DNA from: Marinosulfonomonas sp.
GTDB lineage: Bacteria; Pseudomonadota; Alphaproteobacteria; Rhodobacterales; Rhodobacteraceae
Assembly: GCA_033851955.1 (NCBI GenBank)
Contig: JAWSVK010000018.1
Span: 1 to 64,000 of the forward strand
Reading direction: 5' to 3'
Length of the DNA: 64,000 nt
The notes beneath the pieces are model-generated. The model had not been told where the DNA came from and did no database searches. It saw nothing but the letters and a program-made list of their open reading frames with translations. The translations under genes and the position numbers were made by a program. Below are positions 9,741 to 19,077 of the stretch, in pieces (positions within the stretch are counted from its first letter, which is position 1; every line of letters begins with the position of its first letter).

Positions 9741-9919
9741 CTGCGCCTCTCTTTCCTCACCTTCGGAACCACGTGAATTGGCCCATGGATGATAGAAACT
9801 TAGAACAAATGAGAGAGAGATGCCGTAGACGAACGAAAATTAGTCAAATCTTATCATCTTTAAGGTATTGAAAAGTATCATTAAATTTACTAAAATCATC
9901 TAGATTTTCTGCCGGACGG

Positions 9920-9949
9920 TCTATAGATTGACCTGTAAATATCTATAGG
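9920..9949. promoter_or_regulatory. Inverted repeat TCTATAGAT-N12-ATCTATAGG in the AT-rich divergent promoter region
   Basis: 8/9-bp inverted arms read directly from the sequence. Sits between the minus-strand membrane operon and the plus-strand 521-aa gene. Confidence 0.3.
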
Positions 9950-10130
9950 CTGCGGAAAAACGTCCAAAGATGTCGCTGAACTTCGGATGTTTTTCAGCAA
10001 CAAACCCCAAAATCATCCAAAGACCCAAGATTTCATCTTTGACGAGAAGCTTTCTGGCGATAATTTGCTACGAAGTTTTAGGTAGTAAATCAAGGCACAT
10101 AATCAATGTGCGCAGGGGCGGGGAAATAGG

Positions 10131-11696
10131 TTGGCACGTAGGGTTGGGGCAGAAAAATCCGCAAATAAATCAAACTCCTCACCCTCGGCCAACGACTTGG
10201 CTGATTGGGCGCTCGAAGGCCTGTTGACCAAGTTTGGTCATGAAGCAGATTGGGCGCGTCTGAAAACCCACACGGTAGATGAGCCACCCGCAGCACTCTG
10301 TCACACATGTGCCGAGCTTGTTAAAGCCTGCAAAAGTATAGGCATAGCGATCCGATCCGAAGATCGCCCGAACAACCAGTTCGCGCTTTACAATCTTTAT
10401 TTTTCGCGGGTTCTTCTAAAGGAAATGAAGGCCTTATCGGGCATAGCACGGGATGAGCCGGTGAACGCCGATGGCCCCAGCGCCTTGAATGAAAAGAATG
10501 ACAGCTCACTCAACCGCATAACGTCCGCGATGGCGATTATGTGGTCCACAATGTCAAACCACGCCGCCCACTCCCAACTTGACGCACAAGAAAGCGACGA
10601 GAACATAGCCTCGACCCTGACCAAATATTTCACACGCGAAAATTTCCGCATGACCAAACGCGAAAACTACGGCGCAGCCTTGTTTTTCTTGATAGGGCTC
10701 GCCGCCCGCGCGGAGTATAGTTTTGAAGGCGAAAAGGTATTGGGCGCCTCCCCTGCGATTTTTAGCTTCGTGCTAGAAGCACAAGCCACCCTGTCTGCCG
10801 ATAACGCAACACCTGTACTGATCGATAAGCGCGTGGTCGAGACGCTGGAGCGCGGCCGGATGGCCCAGCTTGCACATACCTTTTTGGGCGGTTTACTCGA
10901 GGTTGGCATAACCGACGTCAAGCGCCTCTGGAAACCGCTCTTTGGGGAAAAATCTAGCGCCCATGCGAGGCTCTCAAACCGCGTGTCTGCCGAACGCCAC
11001 TATGTCTGCTACCGCCTCACATCCTCTGAGCGCGACGTCGAGGTGCTCAAATCTTTCCTCGTCGTACAAGCCCCGGGCTTTGTAGAAGACACCCAAAATC
11101 GGCGCGATCATTTTGCAATGAAAGTGTTTACCAATTATGATTCCGCGCCAATGCGCAGCGTCGGGGCAGTGGTCGAACTTGGTGAGGAAATCGTTGGCTT
11201 TGCCAGTCGACGCAAAGATATTGACGAAGACACATCGATTTTACTGAACCCTGATCAATTCCATGGTGCCACCATGCTGAATTTCAAACAGGTATGGTTT
11301 ACGAAAGGCAACGGCATATTGATGGGCATGTTGATGACCAGCAATCAAAAAAGCCGCAGCATGGCGTGCCCAGTTTTGTGCATTCGCACCGATGCTATAC
11401 ATTCCTCACAAGTCAATTTGGGCGTGATCAATCCTGACCAACTTATTGCGGATATGCTCACCCACACCCGTCTTGCTGTCGCCGCCCCGAGCAGTGACAC
11501 CGCTGATCACAAAAAGCTTGCCAGTTATGTTTGGGACGCGCTGCTGTCCCGCCCCGCTGAAAACGTGGTCTATACCCCGCAAAACGACGACGAAACAGAC
11601 CGCTCGGGCGGCCCACCCATAGTGGCACCGGATATCTCGCCACGCAGCCTGGCAAACAAGTTTCAACGGCTCGGTTTTTCTATGAATGACAACTAA
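10131..11696 (+). CDS. Hypothetical protein (about 521 aa; start uncertain because the track start is TTG)
   Basis: Long ORF with no recognisable motifs, no Walker A and no TM segments. Lower GC than the flanking regions. Confidence 0.45.
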   Translation: MARRVGAEKSANKSNSSPSANDLADWALEGLLTKFGHEADWARLKTHTVDEPPAALCHTCAELVKACKSIGIAIRSEDRPNNQFALYNLYFSRVLLKEMKALSGIARDEPVNADGPSALNEKNDSSLNRITSAMAIMWSTMSNHAAHSQLDAQESDENIASTLTKYFTRENFRMTKRENYGAALFFLIGLAARAEYSFEGEKVLGASPAIFSFVLEAQATLSADNATPVLIDKRVVETLERGRMAQLAHTFLGGLLEVGITDVKRLWKPLFGEKSSAHARLSNRVSAERHYVCYRLTSSERDVEVLKSFLVVQAPGFVEDTQNRRDHFAMKVFTNYDSAPMRSVGAVVELGEEIVGFASRRKDIDEDTSILLNPDQFHGATMLNFKQVWFTKGNGILMGMLMTSNQKSRSMACPVLCIRTDAIHSSQVNLGVINPDQLIADMLTHTRLAVAAPSSDTADHKKLASYVWDALLSRPAENVVYTPQNDDETDRSGGPPIVAPDISPRSLANKFQRLGFSMNDN

Positions 11697-11849
11697 CGTC
11701 AACTGTTCCAGCCACTTTCATTCTGAAACGCCTTTGTATCAAAAAGAACGTCAAAACTAATCGGCTTTCACGGCTATTTTGACAATCCAAGCTCTCTCAA
11801 CTGGCCGCAGAAATTTCCCCCTGAGAGCAGGCATTCCCTTATGTACCGT

Positions 11850-12917
11850 TCACAGGTTTCTTAGGAACCCAAGCAATTCGACTTGGCTGTTCACTTCGAC
11901 CTTTTCAAAAACATGCTTAAATCTTTGCCGAACAGTTGACGCTTTGAGGCTCAGAATATCGGCAATCATGGAGGGTGTGTTCCCGTCCACCAACAGATCA
12001 ACGGCTGTGATTTCGGCCTCGGTCAGGCAATATTCGTCCCGAAGTCGGTTGTGTTTTATAACGGTGGCAACACTGCACTCGGTTCGAATGGCGCAGACTT
12101 TGAAGTGCATGAAAAAATGCCGTAAACTGGTGGGGATTTGGATGATCAAAACATTGGTGCTCGTTTTGCCTTTGTTGAATTGGTAGGCGCGGCTCATCGA
12201 CAGGCTCGGGTCACTCTCACAGAGTTCGCGTATTTCCTCGGAGATTTCCACGCTCATTTCGTCAGGCAATAGGTGATCCATGCGATTTTGGTTTTGTAAC
12301 TTGCCATTGCTGTTGATGCTAAAACACTGCTTCCCATCGACATCGAGCACATAGACCTCGGAATCTGTGCCCTTAAAGAATTGCGCAAAAGAGGCAATGC
12401 GTTTGTGGGCGATCTCGTCGGCGCGTTGCGTCGCTTTGGCAAACATCGCCTGTATACGCTCGATCAAAACCGCATCGGTCGCGCTGATGGCTGGGCGGTC
12501 ATTGTCAAAATGGATTGTCATCGCCCAATAGCCGTTTGGCGTCAGGATGCGCACGCAATAGCTAACACCAAAGTTTAGCGGATAAAGATAATCGCGAAAA
12601 ATCGGTATCTGGTCCTTCACAGCTCGATCAGGGAACACATCATGGTCGCAGGCATAGCCCTTTTCCATCATCAGCTTCAGAACCGTTTCGCGCGGATCAT
12701 TCTTAAACCAACCGTCGCCAAGATAGGTCGCCAAGGCCTCTTTCATATTTTTCGTGCCCGACATCCACATCCCGCGAAAAAACGGATCAGTGGCTGGAAT
12801 AAGGGCGCCCTGCGCGCCCAATATCTCGACAACAGCATCGATCGCAGCGTCCCAATACTGCGCATCTTCAACGGCCAAAGCGAGCGATTTTTCAAGGTCC
12901 GCAAACTGGTTACTCAC
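11850..12917 (-). CDS. LuxR-family transcriptional regulator (C-terminal HTH; N-terminal domain unknown)
   Basis: C-terminal LuxR/GerE-type HTH (LTEAEITAVDLLVDGNTPSMIADILSLKASTVRQRFKHVFEKV). The 290-aa N-terminal domain is not an AHL-binding domain. Confidence 0.7.
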   Translation of the reverse strand: MSNQFADLEKSLALAVEDAQYWDAAIDAVVEILGAQGALIPATDPFFRGMWMSGTKNMKEALATYLGDGWFKNDPRETVLKLMMEKGYACDHDVFPDRAVKDQIPIFRDYLYPLNFGVSYCVRILTPNGYWAMTIHFDNDRPAISATDAVLIERIQAMFAKATQRADEIAHKRIASFAQFFKGTDSEVYVLDVDGKQCFSINSNGKLQNQNRMDHLLPDEMSVEISEEIRELCESDPSLSMSRAYQFNKGKTSTNVLIIQIPTSLRHFFMHFKVCAIRTECSVATVIKHNRLRDEYCLTEAEITAVDLLVDGNTPSMIADILSLKASTVRQRFKHVFEKVEVNSQVELLGFLRNL

Positions 12918-13120
12918 TACTTTTATCCTCGCAAAAAATTAGGGCTGCTCAACACTATTATCGACAGAACTATCGGCGCGAGTAAAGCGATTTTAGCTAT
13001 CAACCAAAAAGGCCAAAAGGTATGGATTTCCTTACCACACTTGGTATCAGTTTGAAAGTAAACAGTTTTATATGATATAATTTTGGAATGCCTGGTCAAA
13101 TTCTTCCTAAAACCGCTACC

Positions 13121-13136
13121 ACTACCATATGGTAGT
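13121..13136. promoter_or_regulatory. Perfect 16-bp palindrome ACTACCATATGGTAGT in the LuxR/adhesin divergent promoter
   Basis: Read directly from the sequence. About 80 bp upstream of the adhesin start and about 200 bp from the LuxR start. A second AT-rich palindrome TTATATGATATAA lies at 13065-13083. Confidence 0.35.
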
Positions 13137-13217
13137 TCGTTTCAGATGTTTCGCAGCCTATCCCTAGTCTAACTCTGCCAAATTTGTTGGCGGATTCTTT
13201 TTGAAACTGGAAATGGA

Positions 13218-16200
13218 ATGCCCCCGATGATCAGCCGTGTCACCAACAAAACCCTGAGTTTCTTTGCATCTGCTGTACTTGCCTGCCTTATCGCACCGAC
13301 AAATGCACACGCGCAGAACCTTTTGGTAGATGGTGGGTTTGATGGTGCGCCGCAAACCCAACACGGTGACCGCTTTGACGAAGATCTTTCGCCTTGGATG
13401 TTTGCCACCGTCTCTCCGACAGCAGTCATTCAGAACACGCAAAACCTTGTGGCAGTCGATGGGCCCGGCGGGTTTGACTATCAGGATCGGGGGCCAGAAT
13501 CTGACGCCTCCAGTGCGCCTGCAGGTGTCACCCAGTACTACATCGATAGCGGCAACATTCCGCTTTATGGATGGCAATACTTCACGCCCAGTTGCCGCGG
13601 GACTGCGACTGCGAGCATGAAAGTGACCAATCGCGAAGGTCACGGCGAAGCGGGGCCAACGCTCACGGGTGCAGAAGTTCCCCCACAAGCTGGTCCATTC
13701 ACATTTCGCAGCACTCAAGGTGGCTTGGCCATTTTACAAGTGCCCAACCAAATTCCGACCTTCCCCATCGGATTTGGCGTTTCCCCTGCGCCGACCGCGC
13801 AACTTGTCACAGCACTCAAAGCCCAATTTGACGCCGAAAAAATGCCGTTTCTTTTGACAGCAGCCACCACGCAAACCTACCCTTGGACGCCGATGACCTT
13901 TCAGGCGCCTGTTGAGGCCGGTCAGCTCTACGCCTTTATGGCCGAGCTTGGACACAGCGTGAACATGGACAACGCCTCGGTTGAGGTCGCCTGCGACACC
14001 CCAGTGGTGCCAGTACCCACAGACATCACCGTGACCAAAACCTGCGACGCCCCTGTGGCTGGCGTCCACAATGGCGTGTCAGGCATGTTCTGGGACTGCG
14101 AGATTGACGCTCAAGGCACCCTGCACACACAGCCCAGCCAAGGCGTTTTACATGTCAACGATCTGGTGACCCCGTCAACTGGAACCACGGCCGAAATTAT
14201 CTCAATGACTTCGCAATCGGGCAACATGAATTGCACCTATAACAACGGTCAATCCTGCCTTGTTGCGGGCAATACTTTTGACGCCACCAATGGCGAAACG
14301 ATCGATGTGCAGCTGTTCCTGTCCGGCGCCGCTGCCCCCGCGCAGCACAATGTCGAAAACTGCGTTAAGGCCATTTATTTCAAAAACGGTCAACCAACCC
14401 AGTTCCCGCAAAGCTGCGTGACAACCCAGTGGGAAATACCCACCCCCTCGCCCTATTTGAACACGGTTAAAACCTGCGATCCAATCGCCCCCGTCAGCAC
14501 GGGTCCGATGACCCTGAATTGCCAAATCCAAGTGACAGGCACAAACCTTGCGCCCGGCAGCTTTGTTCTGGTGGGCGATGCTTTTGCGGGTTTGCCACCA
14601 ATGAACGCCTCAATTATTGGCACGATGATGAACGTCACCTCAAACGAGCCATGGTCCTGTGTTGATCTGAACATCAACACCCCCAGTTCGGTTGGTCTTT
14701 GTGAACTGCCAGCGGCCGATATGGCCGCGGCTGGTGGCAGCTCGGTGATCAACGTCAGTTTTGAATTCACGACCGACCAAAGCGGCGGCCAAGTGGCCAA
14801 CTGCCCGATTTCAGAGGCAACCCCAAACTCGTTCATATCCGCCACCGGTCAGCGCAGCAGTCAGCCACCTATGCGCAGCCCGCAAACCGATTCAGTGCAA
14901 TTGCCCGACGGTTGCGTTCTGTTGGATATACCGCCCGCAATCGTGGAAGAAAAAATCGAGCGCGCCGAAATGACCAAAAGCTGTGATCAACCGCAGCAGG
15001 CTGTCGTCAACGGCGTGCTTGGCTACACATGGGACTGTCAGGCCACAATCACCGTGATCCCGATACCTTTTGCAGGCACATTCACACTGGATGATGACGC
15101 TTCCAACATCTCGATTGGCGTGGCGCAATTCCTGTCCGCCTCAGAACCAAACTGCCAAGGCATTGGCACCGATCAGTTGAGTTGCGCCCTGAATGGCGCG
15201 ACCATGACTGCGCCTCACATCGTGACCTATCAACTGTTCACCGAACTCACCGACCCCAATCAGCCGATTGAGTGGGAAAACTGCATCAAAGGCCGTGCTG
15301 AAACCACCGCAGACGAGCACCCCACCGTGCCAATGTGTGTTGGGCGTGTGATCAAACCGGAAATCAGTGTCGTTGATCCAGAGCCAAAAGAGATCACTTT
15401 GACCAAGAAATGTGGCCGTCCAAGTGATGCGCAACAGAATGGTGTGAATGGCAAACGCTGGTCTTGTGAAGTCACCGTCACCGCCAATCCCGCCCCCTTC
15501 TCAGGGACGTTTAGTTTCCTTGAAGACGCCAGCAATGTGTCCGGCACGACCAGCGCCAATATCATCGGCTATCAGTCCACCAACGCAGGCTGGACCTGCG
15601 GCGGCACCTTCCCCCAGCCGCAAACCCAGTGCGGCATTTTAGGCAATGTGTTTTCCCAATCCGGTGTCGAAACGATCAGCTTTGATCTGTTTGCCGCCAA
15701 TCAGGGCAACTCTGTGAAATGGGAAAACTGCGTGTCCGGCACCTACACGAATGCTTTCGGTGAAAAGCGCGACGTCAAAGGCAATTGTGTTGGTACCGAT
15801 TGGGAAAACACCAAAGAGCCACCTGTCATTCCGCTGAAAAAAGGCTGTCGTGCCACGGGGACTGAAAACGGTAATTCCTATTACCTGTGCTCCATCTACG
15901 TAAGCCCGCCCAGCAGTGGCACCGTCACCGGCCCGCTGACGGTGGACGAATTGTTCACCACGGCCTCAGGCGCCTCTGCGACGCAATATATCCAAGCCCT
16001 GATCGGCACACCCTCCGCGCCAAATGGCTGGGCCTGTCAGCAACCAAACTTCCCCAACGGGGCAAGCTGCACAATTTCCGCGGCTGATTTTAACGGCAAT
16101 ACAGGTCACCGGATTGATGCCCAGATCATGATCCCGACCGCTGTGTTGCAGAAAGAAGGGTTTGAAAACTGTGCCCAAGTGCGCATAGGTGATCAGATTG

Positions 16201-18965
16201 TCGGATCGGCCGACTGTGTCGACATCATTGTTGAAACCGAAAAGGTCGAATTTGACGTCGAAAAATCCTGCAAACCATCGGGGGATCGCCAAATTTTGGG
16301 TGCGACCGGATGGGTTCAGGCCTATCAATGTACCCTGACCGTGACCACCAACGGAGTGCCGTTCACGGACCCGCTTTGGATCACTGAAGATCTGCATTTC
16401 GGAACCAACTCTGGCGCGGGCCAAATCCAAAACATCACCTCTGCTGACCCTTGGTCCTGCTCAAACCCGCCATATTCCGCGCCCGGTCAAGGCAACGTGC
16501 CCTATTGCGGCATCCAAGGTGCTCAATTTCCAGCCTCTGGCACCTCGACACTCACGGTCGACCTGATGATGAATGCGGCGATGGATCAGTTTGGCGCGGA
16601 AAATTGCGTATCGCTTAGCGTCGGGCCACCAACCGCAAATGGCCTTCCTGCCCCGATTGCAAGCGATTGCTTTGAATTTGCACCAGCGCCTGAGCCGACA
16701 CTGGATATCACCAAAACATGCGAGCCCGCAATCCTCGGGGCTGGCAACCTTTGGACGGTCGAATGCACCGTGACCGTCAGCGGCACGAACCTGCCATCCG
16801 GGCATCAAATCATCCTAAAAGATGGGCTGCAAGGCGCGGGCTCTACCGTCATCAATTCGGGCGGTTTCAATCCGTCGCCGTTCTTACCGCAAAGCTGTAC
16901 GGGCTATGCAATTGCCTCTGGTCTTGGATCACAGTGCATACTGACAAGCGATCAAATCACTGCAAACGGCGGGTCAATATCACTGCCCTACACGGGAACG
17001 CTTTCTGGTAACCGCTTGGGTCTAAACAGCCCCCCTGCCGAGAACTGCGCTGCCGCCAGTGTTTCGGCGCTGAACCTGACTGCGCCACAAAACGCGACCG
17101 GCCAGGCCTGCGTTGATATCCCACTGACTGTTACAGCCGTTCCAGGAACAGGTGGCATCAGCATCGATCCTTCGATTCCTATCATCGTCACGCCACCAAC
17201 AGGCTGTGGGTTTGATACGCTGTTTGTGATCGACCAATCCGGATCGATGCAACAACAAAACCGGATGGGATTGACCAAACAAGCCGTCACTGCGGCGCTG
17301 CGTATTTTCGTAGGTGGTGGCTCAAAGTCAGGTGCAATTGTGTTCAATGAATTTGCCTATCCCGCCGGTGGAACATCCGTTCTGCTGCCGTCTTCCACTT
17401 TGGAAACGGCGATCAGCGCGATCACAGCTGGTGGCCCCACCAATTGGGTGGCCGGTATGACCACGGCAAACAACGTCGTGTCTGGTCTGGCGAATAAACC
17501 CTTGGTCCTGTTCATCACGGACGGGTTGCCAAATCGACCCGTCGGCGATCCAACACAGGTTGGGAACACGACTTACTACATCAATCAGGCCGCCCCTGCG
17601 GTGAACGCTTTGCGTGCGCAAGGCAGCCAAGTCGTGGGGATCGCGCTTGGGAATGGTGTTCTATCAAGCAATCTATCCATGCTGCTTGGGCCAAATGTCG
17701 TCACCGCCGGTGGAAATGTTGCGATTGATCCGCAAACAACAGATGTTATTGCCATTCCCACAGGAAATATGATCATTCCCGCGTTTGAAGCGATCGTAAA
17801 CGCATATTGCCCTGGTAGAAAAACCATGACGCAACCACAAAAAGATGCGCTGATGGCAACGTTGCAAGCGATGCCAAAATCCGCAGGCGTCTATATGGGG
17901 GATGATGAATTGCTTGTTGTGCCAGAAGAGGAAGCCGTGGACAAGCCGCCCGTCCTCCCAACAACAGCGCCTGCTCTAACCACCATCAAAGAGCAAACGG
18001 GACCGTGCGTCGCCAACCGCGCCAGCCAGACCTACGACTGTGGTTTCCGTCTAAGTGTCACCAACACCGGAACGGGGCCATACATTGGGCCACTGGTGAT
18101 GACCGACACGGCGGGCAATCCCGGGATCAACTCGGCGAGTGCCGTCTCGGGCAACGGCTGGAGCTGCGGCGCAGCTGTCGGCAATGCGGTGTCCTGTACA
18201 AACCCTGCAGTCAACCTGACACCGGGAGCCTCAACCCATGTTGACCTGCGGATGAAGGTCAAAGGTCTGCGCAAGGGTGGCAGCCTCCAAAACTGTGCCA
18301 CAACAGGCGTCACGGATGATCGCCGTCAGCGGGTGGCTTTGATCCAAAAAATCATGAACGACCGTGGCCTGAAAGCCGGACCAGTTGATGGCGATCCCGG
18401 GCGCAAAACCTTTGCCGCGCTTGCCACATTGCGCGCCGATCTTGGTTTGGCAGAAAGCCGCGAATTTGATGATGCGTTGTTCAACGCCCTTGGACTTCCG
18501 TTGCAAAACGCAGAACAAGCCTCTTGTGTCACGGCTGACCTTGCGCCGATGCCGGCCCCACCGTTGCAGTGCAATCCGAAAACCACTGTGGCACAGGGCG
18601 AAAGCTGTGCGTGCCGCTATGATAACATGAAGCGGCGCAATGCGCGTTCTTGTCAGTGTCGTGCGGGATATGCGCTGGTTGTCGGCAAAGGCTGTGTAGA
18701 AAAAGCAGCCCCCAAACCACAACCCGTTCCAAAGACAGGGCCCAAATGTGATCTGCGATCAACCTACCTACGCGGCGATGTCTGTGCCTGCATTGATCGC
18801 AAAAACGCACGCAACATTTCCAAAACCCGCTGCGGCTGCACAAATGGGCTTCCGATGGTCAATGGCAGATGTATACCGATCAAGGTCCGACCAAAACCCG
18901 AAGGCGATGGACCTGCGGGCACCAAAGACTGTCGGATTAAAATTGGCAATGTTTGTGTAAAATAA
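13218..18965 (+). CDS. Giant secreted multidomain surface protein / adhesin (1915 aa): Sec signal peptide, tandem Ig-like repeats, vWA domain, peptidoglycan-binding domain, C-terminal Cys-rich modules
   Basis: Signal peptide (FFASAVLACLIAPTNAHAQ). Repeated roughly 150-aa modules, each beginning TKTCD/TKSCD/TKKCG. vWA MIDAS motif (LFVIDQSGSMQQ...FITDGLPN). PG_binding_1-like segment (KIMNDRGLKAGPVDGDPGRKTFAAL). Three C-terminal CxC...C repeats. Confidence 0.8.
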   Translation: MPPMISRVTNKTLSFFASAVLACLIAPTNAHAQNLLVDGGFDGAPQTQHGDRFDEDLSPWMFATVSPTAVIQNTQNLVAVDGPGGFDYQDRGPESDASSAPAGVTQYYIDSGNIPLYGWQYFTPSCRGTATASMKVTNREGHGEAGPTLTGAEVPPQAGPFTFRSTQGGLAILQVPNQIPTFPIGFGVSPAPTAQLVTALKAQFDAEKMPFLLTAATTQTYPWTPMTFQAPVEAGQLYAFMAELGHSVNMDNASVEVACDTPVVPVPTDITVTKTCDAPVAGVHNGVSGMFWDCEIDAQGTLHTQPSQGVLHVNDLVTPSTGTTAEIISMTSQSGNMNCTYNNGQSCLVAGNTFDATNGETIDVQLFLSGAAAPAQHNVENCVKAIYFKNGQPTQFPQSCVTTQWEIPTPSPYLNTVKTCDPIAPVSTGPMTLNCQIQVTGTNLAPGSFVLVGDAFAGLPPMNASIIGTMMNVTSNEPWSCVDLNINTPSSVGLCELPAADMAAAGGSSVINVSFEFTTDQSGGQVANCPISEATPNSFISATGQRSSQPPMRSPQTDSVQLPDGCVLLDIPPAIVEEKIERAEMTKSCDQPQQAVVNGVLGYTWDCQATITVIPIPFAGTFTLDDDASNISIGVAQFLSASEPNCQGIGTDQLSCALNGATMTAPHIVTYQLFTELTDPNQPIEWENCIKGRAETTADEHPTVPMCVGRVIKPEISVVDPEPKEITLTKKCGRPSDAQQNGVNGKRWSCEVTVTANPAPFSGTFSFLEDASNVSGTTSANIIGYQSTNAGWTCGGTFPQPQTQCGILGNVFSQSGVETISFDLFAANQGNSVKWENCVSGTYTNAFGEKRDVKGNCVGTDWENTKEPPVIPLKKGCRATGTENGNSYYLCSIYVSPPSSGTVTGPLTVDELFTTASGASATQYIQALIGTPSAPNGWACQQPNFPNGASCTISAADFNGNTGHRIDAQIMIPTAVLQKEGFENCAQVRIGDQIVGSADCVDIIVETEKVEFDVEKSCKPSGDRQILGATGWVQAYQCTLTVTTNGVPFTDPLWITEDLHFGTNSGAGQIQNITSADPWSCSNPPYSAPGQGNVPYCGIQGAQFPASGTSTLTVDLMMNAAMDQFGAENCVSLSVGPPTANGLPAPIASDCFEFAPAPEPTLDITKTCEPAILGAGNLWTVECTVTVSGTNLPSGHQIILKDGLQGAGSTVINSGGFNPSPFLPQSCTGYAIASGLGSQCILTSDQITANGGSISLPYTGTLSGNRLGLNSPPAENCAAASVSALNLTAPQNATGQACVDIPLTVTAVPGTGGISIDPSIPIIVTPPTGCGFDTLFVIDQSGSMQQQNRMGLTKQAVTAALRIFVGGGSKSGAIVFNEFAYPAGGTSVLLPSSTLETAISAITAGGPTNWVAGMTTANNVVSGLANKPLVLFITDGLPNRPVGDPTQVGNTTYYINQAAPAVNALRAQGSQVVGIALGNGVLSSNLSMLLGPNVVTAGGNVAIDPQTTDVIAIPTGNMIIPAFEAIVNAYCPGRKTMTQPQKDALMATLQAMPKSAGVYMGDDELLVVPEEEAVDKPPVLPTTAPALTTIKEQTGPCVANRASQTYDCGFRLSVTNTGTGPYIGPLVMTDTAGNPGINSASAVSGNGWSCGAAVGNAVSCTNPAVNLTPGASTHVDLRMKVKGLRKGGSLQNCATTGVTDDRRQRVALIQKIMNDRGLKAGPVDGDPGRKTFAALATLRADLGLAESREFDDALFNALGLPLQNAEQASCVTADLAPMPAPPLQCNPKTTVAQGESCACRYDNMKRRNARSCQCRAGYALVVGKGCVEKAAPKPQPVPKTGPKCDLRSTYLRGDVCACIDRKNARNISKTRCGCTNGLPMVNGRCIPIKVRPKPEGDGPAGTKDCRIKIGNVCVK
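14020..17100 (+). repeat. Tandem array of about 7-8 Ig-like (DUF11-like) coding repeats inside the adhesin gene, period about 430-500 bp
   Basis: The recurring TKTCD-type module starts near 14029, 14467, 14968, 15397, 16255 and 16705. Each module carries a conserved Cys/Trp pattern (W.C, NC). Confidence 0.5.
17208..17750 (+). other. von Willebrand factor type A domain within the adhesin
   Basis: DxSxS MIDAS motif (DQSGS) and the downstream FITDG motif. Confidence 0.6.
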
Positions 18966-18972
18966 CCTATAG

Positions 18973-19007
18973 CAGGGCCGTGAGGTAATGCACGGCCCTG
19001 CATTTTT
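18973..19007 (+). terminator. Rho-independent terminator after the adhesin gene
   Basis: Hairpin CAGGGCCGTG-aggtaatg-CACGGCCCTG followed by CATTTTT. Confidence 0.55.
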
Positions 19008-19077
19008 GGTTGGCCTTTCCGACGAAATCTAGGATGGTTCTCGAACAATCCCGATCTGAGAAATTATGTGAGGTATT

